Shown: piece by piece, positions 1 through 10,563 of the stretch
Numbering within the stretch: position 1 is the stretch's first letter
How the letters are laid out: each line of letters starts with the position of its first letter
Source of the DNA: Clostridia bacterium
GTDB taxonomy: Bacteria > Bacillota > Clostridia > TANB77 > CAG-508
Length of the DNA: 64,000 nt
NCBI GenBank assembly: GCA_022796855.1
Contig: JAAWJM010000006.1
Location: 4,781 to 68,780 of the forward strand
Reading direction: 5' to 3'
The notes under the pieces: model-generated
Told to the model about the DNA's origin: nothing
Database searches by the model: none
Seen by the model: the letters and a program-made list of their open reading frames with translations, nothing else
Position numbers and translations under genes: made by a program

Positions 1-2610
1 AATGCTAAAGATATTCCTTAATGCTGGTATTAGTAAAATTGTTATCATAAGCATTGCAGATACCAAAATTGCTAGAATTAGTTTTCTATTATTAAATGGT
101 TTTGTTTTCAAAATCGAATGTTTGTTGTCTCTTATATTAAACACATGAACTAGTTGGGATAAAGCCAATACAGAAAATGCCATTGTTTGACCAATTTCTA
201 TTTTGACATGTTCTACATATTCTGGCGTTCCTTGTATATTAGGTGTTGCAAGACCAATACAAAATGCAATTAAGGTTAAAGTTCCTATCATAATTCCTTG
301 GTAAATAACTCTCCATACCATACCTTTGGTAAAAATACCTTTTTTCGTATCTTTTGGTTTACGTTTCATTATGTCTCCATTTGCTGGGTCAAAGGCTAAT
401 GCTAATGCTGGAAGTGCATCGGTTACTAGGTTAATCCATAAGATGTGAATTGGTAATAGTGGTTCTAAAGCACTTATATTGGTAATACCAAACCATTTTG
501 CTAGAAGTGGTGTTAATAAAATCGCTACAAATAGTACAATAATTTCTCCTACATTGCTTGATAATAAATATTGGATTGCTTTTAAAATATTATCATAAAT
601 ACGTCTTCCTTCTTCTACTGCTGATACCACTGTTGCGAAATTGTCATCGGTTAAAATAACATCTGCTGCTTCTTTTGCAACATCGGTTCCAACCATTCCC
701 ATCGCACAACCAATATCGGCTGTTTTTAATGCTGGGGCATCGTTTACCCCATCTCCTGTCATGGCAACAATTTCACCTCTTGCCTTCCACGCCTTTACAA
801 TACGTACTTTATGTTCTGGTGATACTCTAGCATATACTGCATATTGTCGAATGTTTTTGGTTAATTCTTCGTCTGTCATTTCTTCTAATTCGGCTCCTGT
901 TAATGCCTCTTCTTCTTTTTCTAATATTCCTAAGGCTTTTGCGATGGCAATGGCAGTAATCTTATGATCTCCTGTTATCATAACAGTTTTTATTCCTGCT
1001 GTTTTACATTTTTCTACCGCAATTTTAGCTTCTTCCCTTGGTGGGTCAATCATTCCTACCATTCCCACAAAAATTAACCCTTGTTCCATATGTTGCATTT
1101 CTTCTTTTTGTGGCATATGGTCTAGTTCTTTATAACCAATAGCTAATACTCTTAGGGCCTCTTTTGCCATTTCTTGATTGTATGTTAAAATTTGTGGTTT
1201 GAAATTGTCTAAGTCATCTTTTATTTCTTTGTTTATTTGATATTGGCTTGAACATGCTAATAATTCATCTACTCCACCTTTGGTGTATACAATATATTTT
1301 TCACCTACTTTATGCACTGTAGTCATTAACTTTCGGTCTGAATCAAAAGGAATTTCTTCTACACGTGGCATTTGTTCAAATATACTTGGTTCAAATTGTA
1401 GTTTAAATGCCATATCCACTAAAGCCGTTTCGGTTGGGTCTCCTTTTAAACTTAAATCTTTACCTACTTTTGTATCATTACAAAGCATACTCGCTAGCAC
1501 TAATGTTTTTGCTTCGTCATTGACCTGACCAATATCCTCTAAGTTTGATATGGTATTATTAACATATACTTTTTTTACTGTCATTTTATTTTGTGTTAAC
1601 GTTCCTGTTTTATCTGAACAAATTACGGTTGCACTACCCAAGGTTTCTACTGCTGGTAATTTTTTGACAATCGCATTCTTTTTTACCATCCTTTGTACTC
1701 CTATTGCAAGAACAATGGTAGATACTGCCACTAGTCCTTCTGGAATGGCTGCTACTGCTAAACTAACAGCTGTCATAAACATATGAATTGGTTCTTTTCC
1801 ATATAATAGTCCAATTCCAAAAATAACAGCACAAATGGCTAATGCCGTAATTCCTAATGTTTTTCCTAAACGATTTAGTTTTTCTTGTAATGGAGTGGTT
1901 GTTTCTTTGGCACTATCTAACATACCTGCGATTTTTCCCACTTCGGTATTCATTCCAGTTTCTACAACAATTCCTTTTCCTCTTCCATAAGTAATTAAAC
2001 TAGAAGAAAATAGCATATTGGTTCTATCTCCAATTCCTACTTTTTCATCTTTTATTTCATTTGTTTGTTTTTCAACAGGAACCGATTCTCCTGTTAAGGC
2101 CGATTCTTGCGATTTTAAATTGACTGCCTCTATAATTCTTAAATCTGCTGGAATAAAGTCACCGGTTTCTAGTACCACAATATCTCCTGGTACTAATAAT
2201 TTAGAAGCAATTACCTCCATTTTTCCATTTCGGATTACTTTAGATGCATGGTCACTTAATTTTTGCAAAGCTTCTAACGATTTTTCTGCTTTCGATTCTT
2301 GTGCTACCCCAATAATCGCATTCAAAATGACCACAATTAAAATAATAATTGTATCGGTAATTCCTTCTCCTTCTGACACTCCAACAACACCTGATACAAT
2401 TGCTGCTACAATTAACACTAAAATCGTAAAATCCTTAAATTGCTCTAAAAACTTTTGAAATAAAGACTTCTTCTTTTTGGCTTTTAATTCATTTAACCCA
2501 TATTTCTCCTGTTTTTGTTTTACTTGTTCGTTTGTTAGTCCTTGTTCTAAATTTGTTTGTAGTTCTGCCTTCGTTTCTTCTACTGTTTTTGAAAACCAAT
2601 TTTTCTCCAA
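1..2610 (-). CDS. Cation-translocating P-type ATPase (Ca2+-type), 3' end runs off the window
   Basis: Not in the ORF track because it has a TTG start and no stop within the window. The minus-strand translation starts at TTG 2610..2608, with AGGAGAG 7 nt upstream: MEKNWFSKTVEETKAELQTNLEQGLTNEQVKQKQEKYGLNELKAKKK. It contains CSDKTGTLT (about 1594-1620) and GIKTVMITGDHK (961-999). The plus-strand ORFs 641..967, 1280..1528, 1550..1786 and 2018..2458 are antisense artefacts. Confidence 0.9.
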   Translation of the reverse strand, partial: MEKNWFSKTVEETKAELQTNLEQGLTNEQVKQKQEKYGLNELKAKKKKSLFQKFLEQFKDFTILVLIVAAIVSGVVGVSEGEGITDTIIILIVVILNAIIGVAQESKAEKSLEALQKLSDHASKVIRNGKMEVIASKLLVPGDIVVLETGDFIPADLRIIEAVNLKSQESALTGESVPVEKQTNEIKDEKVGIGDRTNMLFSSSLITYGRGKGIVVETGMNTEVGKIAGMLDSAKETTTPLQEKLNRLGKTLGITALAICAVIFGIGLLYGKEPIHMFMTAVSLAVAAIPEGLVAVSTIVLAIGVQRMVKKNAIVKKLPAVETLGSATVICSDKTGTLTQNKMTVKKVYVNNTISNLEDIGQVNDEAKTLVLASMLCNDTKVGKDLSLKGDPTETALVDMAFKLQFEPSIFEQMPRVEEIPFDSDRKLMTTVHKVGEKYIVYTKGGVDELLACSSQYQINKEIKDDLDNFKPQILTYNQEMAKEALRVLAIGYKELDHMPQKEEMQHMEQGLIFVGMVGMIDPPREEAKIAVEKCKTAGIKTVMITGDHKITAIAIAKALGILEKEEEALTGAELEEMTDEELTKNIRQYAVYARVSPEHKVRIVKAWKARGEIVAMTGDGVNDAPALKTADIGCAMGMVGTDVAKEAADVILTDDNFATVVSAVEEGRRIYDNILKAIQYLLSSNVGEIIVLFVAILLTPLLAKWFGITNISALEPLLPIHILWINLVTDALPALALAFDPANGDIMKRKPKDTKKGIFTKGMVWRVIYQGIMIGTLTLIAFCIGLATPNIQGTPEYVEHVKIEIGQTMAFSVLALSQLVHVFNIRDNKHSILKTKPFNNRKLILAILVSAMLMITILLIPALRNIFSI

Positions 2611-2806
2611 ATCTCATCTCTCCTTTTTCTTATTTTTACTTACTCCCGCTAAATTATACAAAAATGACGGGACTTTTAAATAAATTTTTTAAACAAAAAA
2701 CTTATCTAAAAGTCTCGCCTACTTATCTTTATAAGCTTGCTAACCAGATATTTCTATCGCGTCTGTTGATTAGCAATCCATTGGCTACTCCCTTTTAATA
2801 TACTTT

Positions 2807-2882
2807 TGGCAGGGGTACTAAGACTCGAACTCAGACTTGTGGTTTTGGAGACCATCGTGCTAACCATTGACACTATACCCCT
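2807..2882 (-). tRNA. trnW: tRNA-Trp (anticodon CCA)
   Basis: Minus strand reads AGGGGTATAGTGTCAATGGTTAGCACGATGGTCTCCAAAACCACAAGTCTGAGTTCGAGTCTTAGTACCCCTGCCA. It has a perfect 7-bp acceptor stem, the anticodon loop CU-CCA-AA, a GTTCGAGTC T-arm and an encoded CCA end. Confidence 0.9.
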
Positions 2883-2965
2883 ACGTGATTTATAAATATT
2901 ATATTAGCATAAAATCCATTTTGTTGCAAGTACTTTTCTAAATATTTCTAAATCCCCTTAAGTTT

Positions 2966-4003
2966 TTATTGTTCTAACCATAGGTCATACACATACATTG
3001 TTGCACTTGTTGCCGATGTCGTCGCATTCTTTAAAAAAGTTACAAAATAGTTGCCTTCATATTCTTTTATATTACAATAAGCCTTGGAACGTTCTGCACT
3101 TGTTCCACTTGTTGTTCCCCAAAATCCATCAACATGGTTTCCATGCACTGGATTTGACTGATATAAGTTTATAGAAGTATGACACGTTTGTCCTTTATAA
3201 ATAAGCTCTGCATCTACCTTTATTTCATTATAATCAGTAATATCATATGCCATATAATACCCTCCTCGATTTTTGGTCGAGTTGATTGCGACTTCCAAAT
3301 ATCCTTCTCTTGGCTCTATTTTTGCATTTACTGTTTCCCCCTCTACAAGTGGTACTCCATCTTTTATTAAATACGCTCTAGGTTTGGTTGTTATTTTACT
3401 TGATATGGATATTTTGCTATTATTTTTTTCATCGATTGCGATAACCGATATTCGATAATCTGTTGTTGGATCTAAATTCTCTATTGTATATTCACTTTCT
3501 TCTAATTCACCTTTTAACTCATCATTTAGCAAATATTGATATTTTATGATATTTCCTTGTGATGAATTTGCTGTTACTTTTACCGTACATTTACTGGTTC
3601 CAACATAACTAACGGTATGCTCTACAGTTATTGGATTATTACTTTTCCCCACAATGTGTACATTATAATTTTCATCAATGTAATATTCATACTCTTGATA
3701 TTCCCCTGTCAAGTCTTTTAAAATTGTTATTCCTTGTAATTTTTCTGGTAACTTTTCCACAAGAACATCTCCATTTAAACTTTCACCTGTTTGGTTAGAA
3801 ACAATTTCTGATTCAATATCCATAATTGCCAGTTGTATTGTTTCTTGTGTTTCTGCTTTTCTACTGTCTTGTGATACTTCCCTCGCCCTTTTTAAAATTC
3901 CCCTATTTCCTATTGTTAAACTAATCGTAATTCCTGCTAGTATCAACAATACAATTATTGTTATTACCAAAGCAACCAATGTAATTCCTCTTATATCTCT
4001 CAT
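2966..4003 (-). CDS. Prepilin-type N-terminal domain protein with an FN3-like middle domain
   Basis: The N-terminus MRDIRG|ITLVALVITIIVLLILAGITI resembles a type IV pilin or pseudopilin leader plus hydrophobic helix. The middle region (..TDYRISVIAIDEKNNS) looks fibronectin-III-like. Confidence 0.6.
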   Translation of the reverse strand: MRDIRGITLVALVITIIVLLILAGITISLTIGNRGILKRAREVSQDSRKAETQETIQLAIMDIESEIVSNQTGESLNGDVLVEKLPEKLQGITILKDLTGEYQEYEYYIDENYNVHIVGKSNNPITVEHTVSYVGTSKCTVKVTANSSQGNIIKYQYLLNDELKGELEESEYTIENLDPTTDYRISVIAIDEKNNSKISISSKITTKPRAYLIKDGVPLVEGETVNAKIEPREGYLEVAINSTKNRGGYYMAYDITDYNEIKVDAELIYKGQTCHTSINLYQSNPVHGNHVDGFWGTTSGTSAERSKAYCNIKEYEGNYFVTFLKNATTSATSATMYVYDLWLEQ

Positions 4004-4286
4004 TTTTCCCCCTATGTTTTAATATCTTCCTACATTTGCTTATTGTTCTGCTTTCCAAAGAACAAAATTCGTCATACAAATATATAATATTTATATTTTT
4101 ATGTCTTTATTTTATCTTTATCTATATATAATGTCAAGTCTTTTGTTTACCTTTACCATTTATAACCTTTACCATTTTTATCTTGTAAATTGAAATTTCA
4201 TATTTTTTCGACAATTTACTTGAATTTATTTTGCTTTTAGTATAGTATAATAGAAGAAATCTTAATTTGTACTAAGGAGGAATTTT

Positions 4287-5213
4287 TTGATGCCAAGAAC
4301 TACAAAAGATGTAGCTAAGTCAGTAGCAAAAAAAGAAAATGAAGTTGCTGAAGTAAAAAAGGTTACAAAAAAATCTACAAAAAAAATAGATGATACAGCA
4401 TCTACAAAATCGAAAAAGGTTACTGCCAAAAAGGAACCTACTATTACCAAAAAAACGGCAACTACCAAAGCAAAAACATCTAGTACCTCTTCTTCTAAGA
4501 AATCAACTACTACTAAGGCAAGGGTATCTGCTACCTCTTCTTCTACGAAATCAACCGCTACTAAGAAAAAGGTATCTACTACTTCTTCCAAGAAATCAAC
4601 TTCTACTAAGAAAAAAATTGAAATTTTGGAATATTATGATTTGCCTTATCGTTATAACCAAACTACTGTAAAAGTACTTGCACAAACACCAGAAATGCTC
4701 TTTGTATACTGGGATATTTCAGATGAGGATCGTCTTGCATATACTACAAAATATGGTGAAGACTTTTTTTCTAAAACAAGACCTGTTTTATTAGTTCATA
4801 ATACCACCATGAATTATACTTTTGAAATTGAAATTAATGATTTTGCTAACAGCTGGTATTTGCATATAAATGATGCGAATTGTGAATATGTTATTGAACT
4901 TGGTAGACGTCCTAATTTATACCAAGATACGGTAAAAGACCCCTACATCTATGTTGCTTCTTCTAATGAAATGGAAGCACCAAATGACCATATTTTGTTT
5001 GAACATTTCCAACCTCATGTTGCATATCGTAATGTAAAAACAGGGCAAATAATAATGAAGGACTTTTCACATTTAGCTGATTTTAAAAACATGCAAGAAA
5101 TTTATGGTATTTATGATTTATATAAGCAAATTTATAAAAATGAATTATTTGATGAAATTGTCGATGGTAATTTAATCAATCCTTCTTCCCTTTCATCTTC
5201 TAGTTTCAAATAA
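4287..5213 (+). CDS. DUF4912-like protein with a K/S/T-rich low-complexity N-terminus
   Basis: GGAGG RBS upstream. The C-terminal part (YDLPYRYNQTTVKVLAQTPEMLFVYWDISDED) is typical of the DUF4912 partner of GH57 branching enzymes. Confidence 0.7.
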   Translation: MMPRTTKDVAKSVAKKENEVAEVKKVTKKSTKKIDDTASTKSKKVTAKKEPTITKKTATTKAKTSSTSSSKKSTTTKARVSATSSSTKSTATKKKVSTTSSKKSTSTKKKIEILEYYDLPYRYNQTTVKVLAQTPEMLFVYWDISDEDRLAYTTKYGEDFFSKTRPVLLVHNTTMNYTFEIEINDFANSWYLHINDANCEYVIELGRRPNLYQDTVKDPYIYVASSNEMEAPNDHILFEHFQPHVAYRNVKTGQIIMKDFSHLADFKNMQEIYGIYDLYKQIYKNELFDEIVDGNLINPSSLSSSSFK

Positions 5214-5273
5214 ATAATGATGTGGGCAGATATCAAAAATCTGCCCCCTACCAATTTTACGAAGGAGAAATCT

Positions 5274-6866
5274 ATGAATAAACAAGAAAAAGGCTATGTT
5301 AGTTTTGTCTTACATGCACATCTACCTTTTGTGCATCATCCAGAAAGTGAACATTATTTAGAAGAAGAATGGCTTTTTGAAGCTATTTCAGAAACCTATC
5401 TTCCTTTGCTGACTAATTTTAACAAATTAGTAGAAGAAGGAGTTGATTTTCGTATTACGATGTCAATGACTCCCCCTTTGCTTAATATGTTAGATAATAA
5501 ATTATTACAAAAACGCTATGTAAAATATCTAAAAAACCATATTGAACTTTCTAAAAAAGAAATCAAACGTACTTCTTATGATGCACGTTTGAATGAACTA
5601 TCTCATTATTATTTCAACCGTTACTCCCATGACTTACATATCTTCCAAGATATATACAATTGCAATATTATTGAAGGTTTTAAACATCTACAAGATGTTG
5701 GAGTACTAGAAATTATTACCTGTGGTGCAACCCATGGTTATTTTCCTATTTTATATATTAATGAAAATACGGTAAAAGCACAAATTGCAGTAGGTGTACA
5801 AACCTATGAAAAATATTTTGGAAGAAAACCACGTGGTATTTGGCTTCCAGAATGTGGTTATGTGCCAGAAGCAGATAAATATTTAAAAGAATTTGGTATT
5901 GAATATATCATTACTGAATCTCATGGTATTTTATATGCAAATCCTACTCCTGTATATGGTACTTATGCTCCTATTGTTTCTCCTACTGGTATTGTTGCTT
6001 TTGGACGTGATATCGAATCTTCTCGTCAAGTATGGAGTTCCATTAATGGTTATCCTGGCGATTATAATTACCGTGAATTTTACCGTGATATTGGTTATGA
6101 TGTGGATTATGATTATATTAAACCATATCTTACCTATGATGGTGTTCGTGTTCCTACTGGAATTAAATATTATCGTATTACAGGGGATACTGGCGAAAAA
6201 GACTATTATCATCCTCGTTGGGCTATGGATAGTGTCGAAAAACAAGCAGGGCATTTCTTTGATTGTAGACAAGCTCAAATTACAAATTTGGCAAATCACA
6301 TGGATACTCCTCCAATCATTTTATGTCCTTATGATGCAGAGCTTTATGGGCATTGGTGGTATGAAGGTCCAGATTGGTTATATATGTTATTTAAAAAAAT
6401 ATATTATGATACATGTGATTTTAAGCTAATTACACCTAGTGAATATATTGACCATTATCCCAATATTCAAGTATCTACTCCATGCCGTTCTAGCTGGGGG
6501 GCTAATGGTTATAGTGGTGTATGGTTAAACCCAACAAATGACTATGTGCATAAACATTTGCATGTTGCAGGAGACCGTATGGTAGAACTTGCTCATTTGT
6601 ATCCAAATGAAACAAATAAACAAAAAAAACAAGCACTTAACCAATGTGCAAGAGAATTACTACTTGCCCAAAGTAGTGATTGGCTATTTATTATTACCAA
6701 TGGAACCATGGTCGATTATGCTAAAAAACGAATTAAAGACCATATTGGAAGATTTACTAAATTATATGAACAAATTAAATCTGATTCTATTGATGAGGCA
6801 TTTCTAAAAGACATTACCAAAAAAGACCCCATTTTTCCTGAGATTGATTATCGAATATATCTTTAA
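5274..6866 (+). CDS. GH57-family 1,4-alpha-glucan branching enzyme
   Basis: The GH57 N-terminal signature is GYVSFVLHAHLPFVHHPE..EEEWLFEAISETYLPLL. I place the start at ATG 5274 (AAGGAGAAATCT ATG) rather than the track start 5217. Confidence 0.8.
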   Translation: MNKQEKGYVSFVLHAHLPFVHHPESEHYLEEEWLFEAISETYLPLLTNFNKLVEEGVDFRITMSMTPPLLNMLDNKLLQKRYVKYLKNHIELSKKEIKRTSYDARLNELSHYYFNRYSHDLHIFQDIYNCNIIEGFKHLQDVGVLEIITCGATHGYFPILYINENTVKAQIAVGVQTYEKYFGRKPRGIWLPECGYVPEADKYLKEFGIEYIITESHGILYANPTPVYGTYAPIVSPTGIVAFGRDIESSRQVWSSINGYPGDYNYREFYRDIGYDVDYDYIKPYLTYDGVRVPTGIKYYRITGDTGEKDYYHPRWAMDSVEKQAGHFFDCRQAQITNLANHMDTPPIILCPYDAELYGHWWYEGPDWLYMLFKKIYYDTCDFKLITPSEYIDHYPNIQVSTPCRSSWGANGYSGVWLNPTNDYVHKHLHVAGDRMVELAHLYPNETNKQKKQALNQCARELLLAQSSDWLFIITNGTMVDYAKKRIKDHIGRFTKLYEQIKSDSIDEAFLKDITKKDPIFPEIDYRIYL

Positions 6867-6895
6867 AGGAGGTTAAAACAAAAACCTCCTTTTCT

Positions 6896-8044
6896 TTATA
6901 CAAATTCTTTCCAAACCATATTAGCAAAATCTAAGCCTTTATCGGTTAATTTTATATTGTCAATGTCTACCTCAATTAACTCCTCTTTTACTAATTTGTC
7001 TAACTCTTTTCTAAAAACATAGATTGGATTTTGGATAAATTTGTTTTTGAATTCGGATATTGCTATTCCTTGTATTTTTCTTAATCCTAGCAACATGTAT
7101 TCTTTTTGTTCGTCCTCTGGAGTTTGGATTTCGTGAATATTTTGTGTTTTATTGGCAGACACAGGACCGTTCCCTATAGATTGAATGTAATCTTTTAAGT
7201 TTGTGATATTGGAATATCTGGTTTTGTGGTAGTAGGAATGAGAAGCAAGACCAAAACCTAGGTATTGTTTTTGGTTCCAACAGTTTTGGTTGTGTTTGGA
7301 TTGTTTGGTTGGTTTTGCGAAATTAGAAATTTCGTAGTGAATATAACCGTTTTGTTCTAACATTCTTTTCGTGTTCCAGTACATGTTTCTTTCCATTTCT
7401 TCGGTTGGTAAAGTTATCTTTCCCTCTTCTACAAAAGATGTCATCGGCGTTCCTTCTTCTAAGATTAATGAGTATAAGGAAATGTGTTCTGGATCTAAGC
7501 TTATTACTTTTTGTAGACTATCTCCTAAAATTTCTTCGGTTTGATTTGGTAGTGCAAGCATTAAGTCTATATTGATATTGGTAAAGCCTATTTTTCTTGC
7601 TAACTTATAAGTTTCTAAAAATTCTTCATAGGTATGAATTCTTCCAATTTGTTTTAAAATCGCATTATCTGTCGACTGCAAACCAATGCTTAGGCGGTTA
7701 ATCCCTACTTTTTTGTAATCTTCTAGTTTTTCTTTTGTAACTGTTCCTGGGTTTACTTCTATGGTTATTTCTGCCTCTTCTTGAATTTCATAATTTTCTT
7801 TTATTGTATCTAGCACACTAACAATCGCTTTACTATCAATATACGAAGGAGTTCCACCACCAATATAAATTGTGCTTACCATAAATCCTTTTGCCTTTTC
7901 TTTGTTTTGTTGTATTTCTTTTTTTAGTGCCTCTATATACTCTTCTTCCCACATTTCACTTTTTGCAAACGATACAAAATCACAATAATAGCATTTTTGC
8001 TTGCAAAAAGGATTATGCACATATATTCCCAATTCTTCTTTCAC
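6896..8044 (-). CDS. hemW: Radical SAM heme chaperone HemW (HemN-like)
   Basis: Contains the radical SAM motif GIYVHNPFCKQKCYYCDF. Length is 382 aa. Confidence 0.85.
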   Translation of the reverse strand: MKEELGIYVHNPFCKQKCYYCDFVSFAKSEMWEEEYIEALKKEIQQNKEKAKGFMVSTIYIGGGTPSYIDSKAIVSVLDTIKENYEIQEEAEITIEVNPGTVTKEKLEDYKKVGINRLSIGLQSTDNAILKQIGRIHTYEEFLETYKLARKIGFTNINIDLMLALPNQTEEILGDSLQKVISLDPEHISLYSLILEEGTPMTSFVEEGKITLPTEEMERNMYWNTKRMLEQNGYIHYEISNFAKPTKQSKHNQNCWNQKQYLGFGLASHSYYHKTRYSNITNLKDYIQSIGNGPVSANKTQNIHEIQTPEDEQKEYMLLGLRKIQGIAISEFKNKFIQNPIYVFRKELDKLVKEELIEVDIDNIKLTDKGLDFANMVWKEFV

Positions 8045-8079
8045 AATATTTCATCTCCCTCTAGCCTTTCCCATACAAA

Positions 8080-8127
8080 GGCCCCTTTACTTAAAGGGGC
8101 TGTCAGCAAAGCTGACTGGGGGTTCTT
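8080..8127 (-). repeat. GC-rich modular repeat, solo copy of the family seen at 61482..61693
   Basis: Sequence is GGCCCCTTTACTTAAAGGGGC-TGTCAGCAAAGCTGAC-TGGGGGTTCTT. It shares the GACTGGGGGTTCTT end and the CCCCTTTA..AAGGGG hairpin with the arms of the 61.5 kb element. It lies between the whiA stop and the hemW start. Confidence 0.6.
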
Positions 8128-8133
8128 TTCTTC

Positions 8134-9019
8134 CTACATTCCCTTTGCCATTTCACAAATTTTGTTTAACCTGTGATTTACCCCAGATTTTCCAATTGGG
8201 GTTTTTAGCATGCCTCCTAATTCTACTAGGCTTGCTTCTGGATGTGCTTGTCTTAAGTTTGCAATTTCTTTTAAGGTTTCTGGAAGCTGTTCAAATTTTC
8301 CTTTTTTCTTTAAATATTCAATTTGTTTTATTTGTTCTACCGATGCATTAATGGTTTTGTTTAAATTTGCTGTTTCACAATTTACCAAACGGTTTACATT
8401 ATTTCTCGTATCACGTACCACACGAATTTCTTCAAAATTCATCACAGCTTTACCCGCTCCCATAAGGGCTAAAGTTTTTGAAATTTCTTCTGCTTCTTTC
8501 ATATAAATAGAAATTCCTGCTTTTTTTATTAATATTTTAGCATGAATTCCAAAGGCTTGTAGTACCATAAGCAAGAAATTAGCATTTTCCTCTTCATTAA
8601 CACGTATTTCAAAATGATATTGATGATGTGGGTTATTGCACGATCCCCCACCTAAAAAACATCCTCTTACAAATGCTTTTAAGATTGCTTCACTTCTTTT
8701 TATATCAATTTGGTTTTCCTTCATACTCAAGCGAATGGTATGATTATCATAGGTTACTTCTTTGGTTTCTATTTTCTTACAAGTAATCTTATATACCTTT
8801 CCTTGTAATTCAATTTGATAATCCATTCCCAAATTACTTACTAATTTACCAAATCGATTAATGTTATATTCGTTCTGGGTTGTATATTTTAGTTTTCCTC
8901 TTACTATATTCGTATTGTTACTAAGCAAATAGCCGAATCAATTCCCATTTTACACATTCTTTGTTTGCTAATGTATTTAGTTTGCTTAACTCTTCTTTTA
9001 TTTCTTTTGAAAAAGACAT
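8134..9019 (-). CDS. whiA: Sporulation/cell-division regulator WhiA, one CGG +1 frame break
   Basis: ATG 9019 gives MSFSKEIKEELSKLNTLANKECVKWELI, then CGG, then the +1 frame continues GYLLSNNTNIV into track ORF 8134..8928. The span is 886 nt, which is 3n+1. Confidence 0.85.
8933..8935 (-). other. In-frame CGG followed by a +1 frame change (whiA)
   Basis: The sense strand reads AUU CGG CUA UUU GCU UAG in frame 0. The +1 reading is GGC UAU UUG CUU = GYLL. Confidence 0.9.
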
Positions 9020-9093
9020 CTATTTTTTCACCTTCTTATGTATGATTGGCTCTTAAAAACCTCTAATCTCCTATTGGCGATAGCCCACTTAAA

Positions 9094-9942
9094 CTAAAGT
9101 GACCTTTTTTTTGCCATAACCATTCTGTTGTTTCCGGATAAATCTTTTTTGGTTTGTATCTCTTCGTATTCTTTCGTTTCTTGTATGATATTTACTACTT
9201 CTTCTTTTTGGTCATAGCCTATTTCTAAAAATATCGCTCCGTCTTGTTTTAGATAGGTTCCTGCCTTGGTTAATATTTTTCTGTAAAACATTAACCCATC
9301 TCCTCCACCATCTAAAGCAAGGATTGGTTCTTTTTGTACTTGTGGCTCTAATGTTTCAATCACTCCGGTTTTAATATATGGTGGATTTGATACAATAATG
9401 TCAAATGTTCCTCTTACCTTTTCAAATAAATTGGATTGTACAAAAGTAATGTTATTTACTTCATTTTGTTTCGCATTTTTTTTTGCTATTTTTAATGCTT
9501 CCTTACTAATATCCACTGCTACAATTTCACAATTGGGAAGATATTTTCCAAGTGAAATCGCAATCGCACCACTTCCTGTGCATAAATCTAATATGCGAAG
9601 ATTTTTTGGTTTATTTTTAGAATACCAAATAACTTCTTCTACTGTAATTTCTGTATCTGCTCTCGGAATTAATACCTTTTCATCTACATAAAAATCTAGT
9701 TTCATAAATTCTTGATGATGAGTAATATATTGAAGTGGATATCCTTCTTCTAGTTTTTGTATACTGTTTTGATATTCTTCTTCCTCTTTTTTCGTTAGTT
9801 CTTTTGTTCCATATACCACAATCTCTTCTTTTCGCATTTTTAAAACAAAGCAAAGAAGAAGCCTAGCAATTTTTCTAGGTTCTTCTATCTTTTTTTTCTT
9901 CAATTTCTCTAATCCTATTTTTAAATTTTCTTCTATGGTCAT
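9094..9942 (-). CDS. prmC: Release-factor glutamine N5-methyltransferase PrmC/HemK
   Basis: Contains the SAM-binding motif LDLCTGSGAI and the catalytic motif NPPY. Confidence 0.85.
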   Translation of the reverse strand: MTIEENLKIGLEKLKKKKIEEPRKIARLLLCFVLKMRKEEIVVYGTKELTKKEEEEYQNSIQKLEEGYPLQYITHHQEFMKLDFYVDEKVLIPRADTEITVEEVIWYSKNKPKNLRILDLCTGSGAIAISLGKYLPNCEIVAVDISKEALKIAKKNAKQNEVNNITFVQSNLFEKVRGTFDIIVSNPPYIKTGVIETLEPQVQKEPILALDGGGDGLMFYRKILTKAGTYLKQDGAIFLEIGYDQKEEVVNIIQETKEYEEIQTKKDLSGNNRMVMAKKRSL

Positions 9943-9957
9943 GATTTTCTCTTTTCT

Positions 9958-10470
9958 TTATCCAAAGAAACATAGGAAAATAACAGCAGCAATTAGCATT
10001 GGTCCTGCTAAATTCTCACTTTCAAATGCTTCCTCAGGTGTATTTTCTGGTATTTCTTCTACTAACGTAATTCTTGCATATGCGACATCGGTATATTGAA
10101 ATCCCATACGAAATTCACGTGATTTATAAGGAATTAAATGATTTAACTCCACATACTTTGTTCCCATACATACATCTCTTTTACTATATAAATCAATTTT
10201 TACATAGGCAGTAGACATGACATCATTGGTATGTGTAATACTTCCCCCTACATACCCATTTACATAGGTTGCTTTTGACTCATTTATCTCAATTTTCATC
10301 CCTGTAGGCTCTGTTATATATGTATCAATTGGGTCATACGTTGCTTTTAATGCAATTTCGATCATAATATTGGAAAAAATAAAAAACAAAATTACACACA
10401 ACGCATAAATTCCAAATGTACGAATTCGGTTTCCCTCTGCTCCTTTTCCACTTATATTAATCTTCCACAT
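9958..10470 (-). CDS. Hypothetical membrane protein
   Basis: 170-aa ORF with N- and C-terminal hydrophobic segments. No family recognised. Confidence 0.4.
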   Translation of the reverse strand: MWKINISGKGAEGNRIRTFGIYALCVILFFIFSNIMIEIALKATYDPIDTYITEPTGMKIEINESKATYVNGYVGGSITHTNDVMSTAYVKIDLYSKRDVCMGTKYVELNHLIPYKSREFRMGFQYTDVAYARITLVEEIPENTPEEAFESENLAGPMLIAAVIFLCFFG

Positions 10471-10563
10471 ATAAATTACTCCATTTCCTATTTAAGATAG
10501 ACCTATTATATCATACTCTACATAATTTGTAAACACGAATTTAGCAGTTTTGTCTATGCCACA

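Noticed and set aside
641-2458. Plus-strand track ORFs 641..967, 1280..1528, 1550..1786 and 2018..2458 (and 2477..2798).
   Set aside because: They are antisense to the P-type ATPase gene, whose minus-strand translation contains DKTGTLT and MITGD. Their products are low-complexity with no motifs.
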